From positions 32,001-96,000 of IMG/VR virus record IMGVR_UViG_3300029288_000080: a stretch of 64,000 nucleotides of DNA; one strand, given 5' to 3'. Source of the DNA: a virus. Taxonomy: Duplodnaviria; Caudoviricetes. Both the position numbers and the translations under genes were made by a program. Positions 9,998 through 19,800 of the stretch are shown piece after piece; the first letter of the stretch is position 1; each line of letters begins with the position of its first letter. Under the pieces are notes generated by a model that had not been told where the DNA came from, ran no database searches, and saw only the letters and a program-made list of their open reading frames with translations.

Positions 9998-11470
9998 ATG
10001 GCTTGTAAGTTTACCCCGACGTTCATCGCGGAATTTCCTCTCCGGACCACCGAGGCCGACGAGGTAGAACTGTCCGTCAGGATGGAGGCGGCCCGCCATA
10101 TTTACAACGCCTGTTTGGGTGAGTCACTGCGGCGGCTTGCTCTGATGCGGGAGTCCAAAGCATGGCAGGCCGCCAGGAAACTGCCCAAAAAGAAACGCAC
10201 CGAGGCGTTCAAGGCGACCCTAGAAAAGTTTGGCTTCTCACCGGCTTCCATCCAGAAATTCGCCGAGCAATGCCGAGACGCCTGTTGGATCGGGGACCAT
10301 CTTGGCTCCCACGACACCCAGACCACCAGCCTCAGGGCTTTCAAGGCTGTACAGCAGTATATGTTCGGGAAACACGGTCGCCCTCGATTCAAAGGGTACA
10401 ACAGGCTCCACAGCGTTGAGGGCAAAGCTAACGACGTAGTTCGTTTCAGGGTTGTACATGAGGTGCCCATGATCTTATGGGCTGGATTAGTGCTGCCATT
10501 GTTACTGGACCCACAGGACCGAGGTGGTTGGCAAGCCCAGGCCCTTAAATGCAGGACAAAATATGTCAGAATACTGCGCCGTACTATCGGGACCACAACC
10601 AGATGGTACTGCCAATTGATCCAGGAAGGCACAGCCCCGAGGAAAGCGCGACACCCAACAGGTGACGGAACTGTGGGTTTGGACATCGGGCCCAGCACCA
10701 TCGCGATCGTGGCACAGGACACCGCTCAGTTGGAAACCTTCTGCGCTGGTATAGAGCCACCAGCACGGAGGATCAAGTTGATCCAGCGGGCCATGGACCG
10801 ATCACGCCGTGCCACCAATCCCCAGGCGTACAACCCAAATGGTACCCATCGCCGGGGTGCACGGGCCACCACCAAATCCAAGCGGTACCGCACTTTAGCG
10901 GCCGGAAAAGCCGATCTTGAGCGTCGTCTGGCCGCAGAACGCAAATGCGCCCAAGGCGAACTGGCCAACCGGGTCCTGGCCTTGGGCAACACGGTCAAAA
11001 CGGAGGCCGTGAGTTATAAATCTTTTCAGCGCAATTTCGGACGTAGCGTGCAGTGTAGGGCTCCCGGTATGTTTATCTCGATCCTCAAGCGCAAGGCTGA
11101 AAGTGCCGGTGCTTCCGTGACGGAGTTTTCCACGTACCACACGAAGCTCTCGCAGTTTGACCACATGACTGGTCAGTGCAAAAAAAAGCCACTGAGCCAG
11201 CGGTACCATGAATTTCCAGACGGTACCAGAGTGCAGCGCGATCTGTACTCCGCGTGGTTGGCCCGCTACGTTGAACACGATCGACTCGACGTTTCCCAGT
11301 TGAAAACCGACTGGGCGGCTGCGGAACCGCTGCTGCGACAGGCGGCGTCGAGTTTCAACCAATCTGCGAGTAGGGGAGGCTCTGCCAACCCTTACGGTCC
11401 TGACCGTCAGAGCGGATCGTCTGTCAAAGAGGTAAAGCCGTTTCGTCGAGGCCACGGAGGTGTAGCGTGA
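9998..11470 (+). CDS. tnpB: TnpB RNA-guided endonuclease (IS200/IS605 family)
   Basis: RHIYNACL HTH, GRPRFKG, RuvC D (VGLDIG), E (VKTEAV), D (QRDLYSA); no tnpA nearby. Confidence 0.9.
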   Translation: MACKFTPTFIAEFPLRTTEADEVELSVRMEAARHIYNACLGESLRRLALMRESKAWQAARKLPKKKRTEAFKATLEKFGFSPASIQKFAEQCRDACWIGDHLGSHDTQTTSLRAFKAVQQYMFGKHGRPRFKGYNRLHSVEGKANDVVRFRVVHEVPMILWAGLVLPLLLDPQDRGGWQAQALKCRTKYVRILRRTIGTTTRWYCQLIQEGTAPRKARHPTGDGTVGLDIGPSTIAIVAQDTAQLETFCAGIEPPARRIKLIQRAMDRSRRATNPQAYNPNGTHRRGARATTKSKRYRTLAAGKADLERRLAAERKCAQGELANRVLALGNTVKTEAVSYKSFQRNFGRSVQCRAPGMFISILKRKAESAGASVTEFSTYHTKLSQFDHMTGQCKKKPLSQRYHEFPDGTRVQRDLYSAWLARYVEHDRLDVSQLKTDWAAAEPLLRQAASSFNQSASRGGSANPYGPDRQSGSSVKEVKPFRRGHGGVA

Positions 11471-11500
11471 GCGAGAACCGTGGAGAGATGGAACATCGAC

Positions 11501-11540
11501 AACCTCGGAACCCCTGGGCTTCAACTCAGGGGAGGTTCAG
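11501..11540 (+). mobile_element. IS605-type right end / omegaRNA 3' end
   Basis: Hairpin CCCCTGGG-CTTCAA-CTCAGGGG followed by AGGTTCA(G), typical of IS605/IS1341 right ends. Confidence 0.7.
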
Positions 11541-11640
11541 GGTCAATCCTGACAAAATCTGGCCCGACCCTGATGGCACCATCATGGAGCGGTACCGCCG
11601 GCAGTACGAAGGCATGGATATTTAGGCAAGGAGGTGTATT

Positions 11641-12063
11641 GTGATGGTGACCTTTTTTGACCTTGTGTATGGTGTCATGCTGGGTTTAACGAAACTTGGT
11701 GTGTTCACCATTCGAACCGATGCTGCTGCCCACGCTGCCGCAGGTAAAGGTATTTTAGAAACACTGATAGGTCATAACTATGCAAATGGCCACGGTTGTA
11801 CTTACCACGTGGAAAGAAACAAGGAGGTTAGAGAACTATTTTTCGGCGAGATCGCGTTTACTAATGCTGTACATCTGTATTTATCTCCTGTTCTTCCTTG
11901 GACGCCACAGCAGAATACTAATCTGACGGGTGTGCACATATGGGGGTTTGTTGGTGATACTGCTACGACAGAAAACGTAGTCTCAAAACTACAAAAATTT
12001 TTCTGTGTCGAGAGCACCCCCCCAGAAAATCTGGACCCTCCGGGAAGCCGTGGAGCAAAATAA
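11641..12063 (+). CDS. hypothetical protein (lower GC)
   Basis: RBS AAGGAGG. Confidence 0.6.
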   Translation: MMVTFFDLVYGVMLGLTKLGVFTIRTDAAAHAAAGKGILETLIGHNYANGHGCTYHVERNKEVRELFFGEIAFTNAVHLYLSPVLPWTPQQNTNLTGVHIWGFVGDTATTENVVSKLQKFFCVESTPPENLDPPGSRGAK

Positions 12064-12214
12064 AACTCGACAGCAATGCTGTGTCTGTGGCAAGGCCACC
12101 GTGCGGGTGGCCCTGTGCCTCACGGCGGTCCAGTATTGCCGATGCGTTGAGCATTTGGCGAAATAACGGGTAAAATGCAACCAGGCGGGCACTGGGCCCG
12201 CCGAAAGGATCCAG

Positions 12215-12568
12215 ATGGGTGAATTAATTAATTTGGATGGTACACCAGCTCGCTCTACCAAGGAGCCAGATCAGCCTGACCAGGAGCCCGAGGTCCAGCA
12301 GTTGCCACCCGGCGCCATGGTGATGGTGATCCCGATGGTTTGTCCCAGGTGTCAGGCCCAGGTGGCCATGCAGGTCAGGCCCGTGCTTCTGCACGTCAGG
12401 GCCGACGGGGTCCTGATGGCCGGGCCGGGTGAGCACGACGAGATCGTCGGGCAAGCCTTTACCGTAGGGCTGGACCGCCCCGGGATGCAGTGCCCCCAGT
12501 GTACCGGCAGCGGCCTGGTGGTGCCGTCAGGGATGCCTGGTGGTCTACCGCCGATGGGACCACGCTGA
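12215..12568 (+). CDS. Zn-ribbon protein
   Basis: CPRC...CPQC. Confidence 0.6.
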   Translation: MGELINLDGTPARSTKEPDQPDQEPEVQQLPPGAMVMVIPMVCPRCQAQVAMQVRPVLLHVRADGVLMAGPGEHDEIVGQAFTVGLDRPGMQCPQCTGSGLVVPSGMPGGLPPMGPR

Positions 12569-12771
12569 TGGCCAAGCGTAAGCCCGAGGGCCCCACAGTG
12601 GACCGGATCACCGTGCTCAAATGGCTGGCCCAGCAGAATCGGGTCAACCGGGACTTGGAAACCATTCTGGTTGACATGACCCGTCAAACTTTGCAGTATC
12701 GTCGGATGCTGCACCGGCTCAAATGGACCGTGCGGCCCCGCCGGTTCAAACTTGCCCGAAAAGGTGTTTAA
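12568..12771 (+). CDS. small basic hypothetical protein
   Basis: Coupled TGATG start, MAKRKPEG... Confidence 0.5.
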   Translation: MAKRKPEGPTVDRITVLKWLAQQNRVNRDLETILVDMTRQTLQYRRMLHRLKWTVRPRRFKLARKGV

Positions 12772-13640
12772 TGCTTCTTGACGAAACCCGCCAAGCCCTG
12801 GTCAAGCAGTTCGAGCACACCGACGTCCTGGACCATGGGTTCGTCCGGCTCGACGATTTAATGGGCGATGACCACGATGTCTGCCGGGCAGCCAGGCTTT
12901 CCACTGGAAATACCAGGGCGAAAATTGACCTCGTGCGAGACGCCAAGCTCATCCATTATTTGATGCGGCACGAGCACCTGACGCCCTTTGAGCAGTGTGA
13001 GATCAAACTGCATATGCGGTTGCCCATTTTCGTAGCCCGGCAGATTCTACGCACCCGCACCGCGTCACCGAACGAAATGTCAGGACGCTACAGCGAGTTG
13101 CCCAACGAGTTCTACATTCCTGAAAATCAGCATATCCGCAAGCAGGACTCGATCAACAAGCAAGGTAGCGCCGAACCCGTCGACGAACTGACGGCGCGGA
13201 GACAAAGTTTTGGTATGCGGAGCGTCTGCGAAGCCGATTTTGACCAGTACCATGTTGGTCTGGACGCGGGTGTGGCACGCGAGACCGCCAGGATTGTGCT
13301 GCCCCTCGGCACCTACACGGAAATCATTTTCAAAATCGACCTGCGAAATCTACTGCACTTCATCGTGCTCAGGACCGACCCTCACGCCCAATATGAAATC
13401 CAAGTCTACGCCGACGTCATGGCCAAGATCGTCAGGGCATGGGTGCCCCAGACCTGGGATGCTTTCGAGCAATACCGGCTCAACGCTACCGTAGCTTCCT
13501 GGGCCGTTATGACGGCCTTGGCTAAAAATCCCAACTGTGTTGCCAGCATTGCTGCGGCCTTGACTGATAGCAACCCTAACGTTGTGGACTTCAGAACTAC
13601 GGCTGACGAGTTCATCGTGGCGCTCAAGTCGCTTGTCTAA
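12771..13640 (+). CDS. thyX: FAD-dependent thymidylate synthase ThyX
   Basis: VLDHGFVRL, AARLS, HLTPFE, PIFVARQ, R-T-R-TASPNEMSGRY, GVARETARIVLP, DLRNLLHF, HAQYEI. Confidence 0.92.
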   Translation: MLLDETRQALVKQFEHTDVLDHGFVRLDDLMGDDHDVCRAARLSTGNTRAKIDLVRDAKLIHYLMRHEHLTPFEQCEIKLHMRLPIFVARQILRTRTASPNEMSGRYSELPNEFYIPENQHIRKQDSINKQGSAEPVDELTARRQSFGMRSVCEADFDQYHVGLDAGVARETARIVLPLGTYTEIIFKIDLRNLLHFIVLRTDPHAQYEIQVYADVMAKIVRAWVPQTWDAFEQYRLNATVASWAVMTALAKNPNCVASIAAALTDSNPNVVDFRTTADEFIVALKSLV

Positions 13641-13799
13641 ATTAGGCCAGTTGTCCAGCGTGGACAACCACCCCATTTTAAACAACTTCGTGCGGCTATC
13701 TACTAAGTAGTTTTTGATCTGTACGTTAATGTATCCTACTTACCCACCAGGGTGTTCCTGGTGGTCTACCACCGGGATGGCCCGGCGAAAGGATCAATC

Positions 13800-14597
13800 A
13801 TGTCGCTAATCTTCATCCTGTTGCTACTGGCGATTCCCCAGCAGCACGACACCACGGTGCCCGATGCTATCCGGACGTTCGTGCCCGGCATCGTGGCGCC
13901 CACGACACTGCCGACCGACGCCATGATCGTCAGGGCCATCAAGGCCCTGGAGGCCCGGGGGGTTCCGGTCACGGACGATAGGGCTGCCCAGTACGCCAAG
14001 TTCATCTTGGCAGCAGCTCGACGCCATGGGATTGACCCCTACCTGCTGGTCGCGGTGGCGCGTGTCGAGTCCAACTTCACGCCGGCAGTTCGGCCTGATT
14101 TTCGGTGCAAGACCCCTGGGTACCAGTATTGCAGCCAGGACTGTGGAGTTACCCAGCAGAATTTCTCGGGGCGTCCGAAGTGGGTGTTGGCTCGCTGCAA
14201 GCAAGTCCAGCAGGACCCGGCTGAGTCATTCATGTTGGCGGCCGACGAGTTGGCCAAGCACGCGGTCTGGTGCCGTGAAAAAATCCACCTGGACAGCACA
14301 CCTGAGCGTTGCATCTTGAACCGGTACAACGGTGGCCCCTACTATCGGCGGGTCGAGCAGTGCCGCAAGATGGGGTGTGATGCTCTTCCCCTCGAGCGTC
14401 AAGGGCGTTGCCGATTCAGCCAGCGGCGCTGCATGGTGACCGCCACCTACTGGACCAAGGTCATGTGCTACCAGGAGGCCGCCAGGACCGCGACGACCCC
14501 GACGAAAAACTGCCACTGGTGTTGGAGCGTGGACGACATCCCCAGCCACTTTTCTCAAGGGATCCAAGGTAATGCTGGATCCAAAGCCATTAGATAA
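13800..14597 (+). CDS. SLT/lysozyme-like lytic transglycosylase with signal peptide, Cys-rich
   Basis: GIDPYLLVAVARVESNF (catalytic E), DCGVTQ, RYNGG; hydrophobic N-terminus. Confidence 0.75.
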   Translation: MSLIFILLLLAIPQQHDTTVPDAIRTFVPGIVAPTTLPTDAMIVRAIKALEARGVPVTDDRAAQYAKFILAAARRHGIDPYLLVAVARVESNFTPAVRPDFRCKTPGYQYCSQDCGVTQQNFSGRPKWVLARCKQVQQDPAESFMLAADELAKHAVWCREKIHLDSTPERCILNRYNGGPYYRRVEQCRKMGCDALPLERQGRCRFSQRRCMVTATYWTKVMCYQEAARTATTPTKNCHWCWSVDDIPSHFSQGIQGNAGSKAIR

Positions 14598-14630
14598 AAC
14601 TTTTTACCTTGTGGTGAGGCAAGGGATTTC

Positions 14631-14659
14631 TTGACTGTCTTGCCTCGCCATGCTACAGT
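14631..14659 (+). promoter_or_regulatory. sigma70-like promoter for the TA pair
   Basis: TTGACT-17 nt-TACAGT with extended TG. Confidence 0.55.
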
Positions 14660-14665
14660 ACCCCT

Positions 14666-15007
14666 ATGTTTAACCATCCCACCAGTTACCGTAGTGCCAT
14701 GTCTCCGCCTGTTTTGTTGATGGAACGGTCGTACAAGTTTTTCGTCAACAGTCGGGAAGACCCTAGAATGCACATTCATGTGTGCGAAGGGCGTAATCCT
14801 AGACAAGCCACCAAAATGGCCAGATTTTGGCTAGAGCGCGACGGGAGACTGGAAGTTTCTTTGGACGAGTCCCCGACCGAAACGTTCGGGTTTAGTCCGT
14901 CGGAACTGGCCGTTTTTCAGGAAATGGTTGAGGAACACCTAGACGTTTTTGTAGCCGATTGGCAGAAGAGGTTTCCCCGTGCGCCCACTAGAGATCGTCG
15001 CGGTTAG
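14666..15007 (+). CDS. DUF4160 family (DhiT-like) toxin component
   Basis: FFVNSRED.MHIHV...ARFWLE...GFSPSEL motif. Confidence 0.75.
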   Translation: MFNHPTSYRSAMSPPVLLMERSYKFFVNSREDPRMHIHVCEGRNPRQATKMARFWLERDGRLEVSLDESPTETFGFSPSELAVFQEMVEEHLDVFVADWQKRFPRAPTRDRRG

Positions 15008-15224
15008 CGGACAAGGACTAACGCTGCGCCTGTACGACCAGCAACCTGATGGCGACGACGTTGTCCTGTTGTTCACGGATTTCCCGTGGTTCGCTGGCCA
15101 ACCTATGGTCTTGCTACAGCAGTACGATGACATGGGTGGCCAAGTCTGTTGGCCTGCCCTTGACGTAGACCTAGACTACGCCACGATGCGACACCCCGAG
15201 CGGTATCCATTGGTCCACTGCTAG
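14979..15224 (+). CDS. DUF2442 family (DhiA-like) antitoxin component
   Basis: FTDFPWF...VCWPALDVDL...HPERYPL; paired with DUF4160. Confidence 0.75.
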   Translation: MRPLEIVAVSGQGLTLRLYDQQPDGDDVVLLFTDFPWFAGQPMVLLQQYDDMGGQVCWPALDVDLDYATMRHPERYPLVHC

Positions 15225-15335
15225 CCCCCTTCTCCCGTCGTAACCGGCTGGTTCTAGCTGGTCCCCATCCCCGTAGCCTCGGCCCACCACGTTAATATTT
15301 AATGGAAGGACCCACAGTGGTTCTGGTGTACCCCC

Positions 15336-16028
15336 ATGCCCACTCCCGTCGATATCATGGCGATGGCGCAGGAACTGCGCGATCTCCTGTCACTCCACCT
15401 GGCCCCTGTTTTCGTCGTGGAAGAGAAAATGGAGCGGATCGACGACGCCACCGTGGTCTACACGGTTGACTCAACCGATGAAACTGCTGTGTCGTCGGCG
15501 GTCAAGAAATCCGTGGACATTTTCAAGGTCCAGCGCGAGGACATTGATGTCAAGGCCGAGGGGGTAGCCCAGGATCCCCAGCGGTACCGTGCCACCATTA
15601 CCCTGACGACGGCACCCGAGTCGGTCGCGGGGGAACTGGCGGCCCACAACGCTGCGGTCAAGACCGCCGACACCTCTGGGGTCCTGCCGGTCGCCCTACA
15701 GGTTGGAGAACATCTTTTCGGCCTGGAAGACCAGCAGGGCAAGGTTGTGGTCCTGCAGGACGGGATTGAGGTTGGGTCGGGTGCATCGACCGCTGAGGCT
15801 TTCGGGCTGCTCTTTACCTTGGCGGTCCCGGTGTTTTGGACCGCGTTGTTTCCCACCCGGGAAACACCTGATGATCAAGAGAACCAAATTAATCGTGACC
15901 GAGACATTATTGACGGGATCATGCCGCTCCTGCTGGCCAGCCCAGCGGTCCAGGGTGACGCCGCCGACCTTTTAATTTCGTTTTATGAAGCCGCGACGCT
16001 CCGGAAGGCGCCGCCCCAGGATGCCTAA
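15336..16028 (+). CDS. hypothetical protein (VKTAD motif)
   Basis: ORF downstream of the promoter motif at 15288. Confidence 0.65.
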   Translation: MPTPVDIMAMAQELRDLLSLHLAPVFVVEEKMERIDDATVVYTVDSTDETAVSSAVKKSVDIFKVQREDIDVKAEGVAQDPQRYRATITLTTAPESVAGELAAHNAAVKTADTSGVLPVALQVGEHLFGLEDQQGKVVVLQDGIEVGSGASTAEAFGLLFTLAVPVFWTALFPTRETPDDQENQINRDRDIIDGIMPLLLASPAVQGDAADLLISFYEAATLRKAPPQDA

Positions 16029-16601
16029 ATGTGGACATTTGCCGCCGATTTGAAATCATGGGAGTCGGTGGGAGGGATCGTGGTCGTGGTGCTGTCGGTT
16101 GGAACCTCGATCGTGTCGTTTTTCCTGTCCCGCAGGGCCAACGCGTTAAAGCGTGACGAGGAACAACAGCGCAAAGAAGCGGAGCAACAGGCCGCGGCCC
16201 TGAAACTTTACTGTGACCAACAGGTCGGGGCTTTGGCGGCGTCACTCCAACAGCTCAAGACCGCGGTAGAGTTCGCGGCCCAAGCGTTCCAAGATGTCAA
16301 GCAGCAGCAGTCCGCCGCCGTCCAGGAGATCTGGGCCACGGTCGACACGATGGAAAAGAATTGCACTCGTCACCAGTCCGTGGGGTTTGGCGAGACCATG
16401 CAGTTGCTCCGGCGAGATGTCGACAAGGTGTTGGCTGGTCTGGACCGTACCGACCAGGAAATGCGCCGCTACGTCTCGACTGAAAGTTATCGGCATGACT
16501 TGAAGTTGTGGACCAACAGTTTCAATACCATGAGACAGTCGATCCACGACCTAGCCTTGCTGGTCAGGGGTATCCTGGAGGCCGGTCGCGATGGCAACTG
16601 A
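16029..16601 (+). CDS. membrane-anchored coiled-coil protein
   Basis: N-terminal TM segment then coiled coil. Confidence 0.65.
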   Translation: MWTFAADLKSWESVGGIVVVVLSVGTSIVSFFLSRRANALKRDEEQQRKEAEQQAAALKLYCDQQVGALAASLQQLKTAVEFAAQAFQDVKQQQSAAVQEIWATVDTMEKNCTRHQSVGFGETMQLLRRDVDKVLAGLDRTDQEMRRYVSTESYRHDLKLWTNSFNTMRQSIHDLALLVRGILEAGRDGN

Positions 16602-16890
16602 CGCACGTCAAAACTTTTTAGACACCCTGGATTCAGACCAAGACATCGATCTTGGCGATGAAGTCACGACCTCGGGGATCACGATCGAGGATGACGCGGG
16701 CGAACGGTGCATCACGGCCGTGATCGCCCAGTTCGAGGAGGAAGGTGACCCGGTTCGCGCGGCGTTTCTCGAGGCCATGCGGGCCACGGTCCTGGAAGCC
16801 CGAAATACCGCGATGCTGGCGAGAGCTGCCTGCAAGGTCTTGGCTGAAAAGCGTCAGCGTCGCCAACGGCATGGGTCCCATCCTCGATGA
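16591..16890 (+). CDS. hypothetical protein upstream of terminase
   Basis: Overlaps terminase start (ATGA). Confidence 0.55.
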   Translation: MATDARQNFLDTLDSDQDIDLGDEVTTSGITIEDDAGERCITAVIAQFEEEGDPVRAAFLEAMRATVLEARNTAMLARAACKVLAEKRQRRQRHGSHPR

Positions 16891-19800
16891 AACGACGCCG
16901 TGCTATTGACCTGGACGACCTCACGGTTGCACCAGGCCCTACTGCTAGTCCAGAACCTGTTGCCACGCCGGACCAGGACTCCTTTGACCAGGATGTCGTC
17001 AACGCCTTGCCCACCAAGGTACAGGACGATATTGATTTCGGCGAGGAAATCAGAGACGACTCTGGCCTGCCTGATCCGGTCGCGATGGTCCGGCAGGCCA
17101 TCGCGGCTGACCTGGATTCCTCGGTGTTCTCTGGTCAGCAGTTCCCGGAAGCACCGAACTGCGTGGAATGGTGCCGCGGGCATCAGTGGCTCAACTACGA
17201 GACCGATCTGTTCGCCCGGCAGATCCAAGTGCTGGTGAAGTTTTTCGAGGACGCCTGTTATTTCTGCAGCGACGTGGAATACATCCACGACGCCCGGGTA
17301 GACGACTCACCCGCCAATGCCCTTTCCCACTACAGTTTATTGCAACGTGGTGTCTGCCCCAACTGCAAGCGAAACCGTACCGAAATCCTTACTGACTGGA
17401 TCAAGGACCCACGGTATGGCAAGTTTAACAGGTGGGACCCCTGCGTGGAGCCTCGACCGGTTCCGCCCAACGAGCTGGTTGGCATCTGGGGCCAGCGGTC
17501 AGGGAAATCGATCACAACCGCGTCATTCATCTGGACCTACATCCTCCACCGATTGCTCGCGATGCCGAATCCGTCCAGGTACTACCGACTCGCGACCAAC
17601 GGGGTCCTGCAGGCTTCGTTTGTTTCGCCGACCCGTGGCCAAGGAAAGGAAAACTTGTGGGATCCTTTCCTGAACGCTTTTGACGCTTCCCCGTGGTTCA
17701 AGCAGGTGGTCCAGTATCTCAAGCAGGAGTCCAAGCGGTTGGGGCTCATGCTGTACCACCGGCAGCAGACCTTTTTGGTTTTCCCTGGCAAACGTTTGGC
17801 TGCACATGTCCAGGCAGCAAACAACGTGACGCTCCGTGGGGCTACGAGAGTATTTTGCCTACCTGGCAACACCCTGGTGAACACTGACCATGGGCTGCTT
17901 TCGCTACGACAAGGTGACGACCTACTGGACAGCAAGGTTTACTTGGGTGGTCATCTGCATGATGTGGTAGGCCACACTAAGGTAGGCAAAAAGCAGGTCA
18001 TGCGGTTGGGGTTGCGGTGGGGCTACTCTTTGGAGTCCACCCCCGAGCATCGCGTGCGTGTGCTGAATCCTGACCTTACGGTGGTGTGGAAGCGCGCCGG
18101 AGAAATAAATCTCGGTGATTACGTGGCGGTGGCGTTGGGTGCAAAGTTCCCAGATCATCTTCCCCTGACGTACGTGCCCAAGCGTGCTCCGAAGCGCATT
18201 TTGCGTGCCTACGAGTACATCGACCAGCACAAGGATCTGTTCTACGCCAAGGATTTGCAGGCATACGCGGGTGTGAAGCATATTTATTCCATAACCAAGA
18301 AACTGATGCGACGTGGGGTGATCAGGAAAGAGTTTATTAAGGGCGGGGAAAGAAACTCGGGTTGCCGTTTTATGGCGACCGAGACCTTCAACCTAGCGGA
18401 ACTCAGTCGGGAACTTCTGAATCATAAGTTCAAGGATCGGGATAACGCTGTGTTCCCCAGCGAAATGACCGAGGACATGGGCTACCTACTGGGGTACTAT
18501 GTTTCGGAAGGATCTTTTGCCGAGAACGCTATTGAGTTTACGTTCACCAACACAGACATGCAGGTCATGAACCATTTCGTGGCATGCTACACTCGCGTGT
18601 TCGGGGTTATTCCACGTATCACACAGTTCATGCCGTCCAAGGGCAAGAAAATGGGGTACAAGGCCAGCGTGGCCTATGCGGTCATTAAAGATTTTCTGCG
18701 CTATGTTGGTATGGCCCCCAGTACGGCCCCAACCAAATCTGTGCCGTGGGCTATCTTGCAGGCACCTAGGCGGGTGGTATTGGCATTTTTGTCCGCTTAC
18801 ATTGAGGGAGATGGTTGTTCCAGCGGTGGCGTCATAAGAATGGCGTCCTGCAGTAAAAAGTTGCTACAGCAAATCCAGTTGCTTCTACTGAACTTGAAAA
18901 TAGTCAGTTCTTTAACAAAAAGCCGAAAGCGTAAACCTGGACGTAGCCGCGAGCACAATGCGCTGTACCAGTTGGGGTTAAACAAGTTAGCCTCTACTCA
19001 ACTGGCTAAACATTTGTCTTGCGTGACCAAATGCAAAAACGTGAGCACTGTTTTTTACAATATGCGCCACGACGCGTACAAAATACCATTTCTGCACCCA
19101 TATTTCGGAAACGTTATGTATGGCAAAAGCAGCGTGTACTATTCTGCGTATGTGCGTAGTAGTCTTAATAAGGTGTCTGAAAATCATGCTTTGCGCTGCC
19201 TGGAGATGGAAGACCCTGAACTGTGTGGGCGAGCCAAAGCACTGGTGGACACTGGTGTTGTATGGATTCCAGTGACCGAGATTAAAAATCTTGGGATTAA
19301 GACAGTGTACGACCTTGCTGTGGATAGCGCGGACCATGCGTTTGTTGGTAGTGGCGTTGTGGTCCATAACTCGGCGTTGGACGAACTCGGTCATTTTTCG
19401 TTCGCGAGCAACGGGACCAAGCGGGCGTCGATCCACGACGGCACAGAAGTCTTCACCTCCCTGACCAACTCGCTCCGGACCATCAGGTCGGCGGCGGAAA
19501 GTCGCCGGGATCAACTCGGCGATTACCATGCCCTCGATGGCTACATGGTGAACGTGTCGAGCCCGTTGGACATCGGGGATCCGATTGAGCAGCGGGCTGC
19601 CATTGCCGATAAGTCGTTCCGGATGTACTTCACTAGGTACCCGACCTGGGAAGTTAACCCCAAGGAAAATGAAAACCTGATCCGTGAGGAATTCGCTGGT
19701 TCCCCCGTGACGTTTACGCGAGACTTTGGTGCGCAACCACAGCGGGCCGCCAACCCATTTATCCAGGATGAGAAAATCGTTGATGTCACCACGGTGGAAA

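Noticed and set aside
9886-11540. IStron (group I intron + TnpB)
   Set aside because: The end TCAG is compatible, but there is at most ~110 nt before tnpB, too little for a ribozyme core
16591-16890. Terminase small subunit
   Set aside because: Position fits, but no recognisable motif; left as hypothetical
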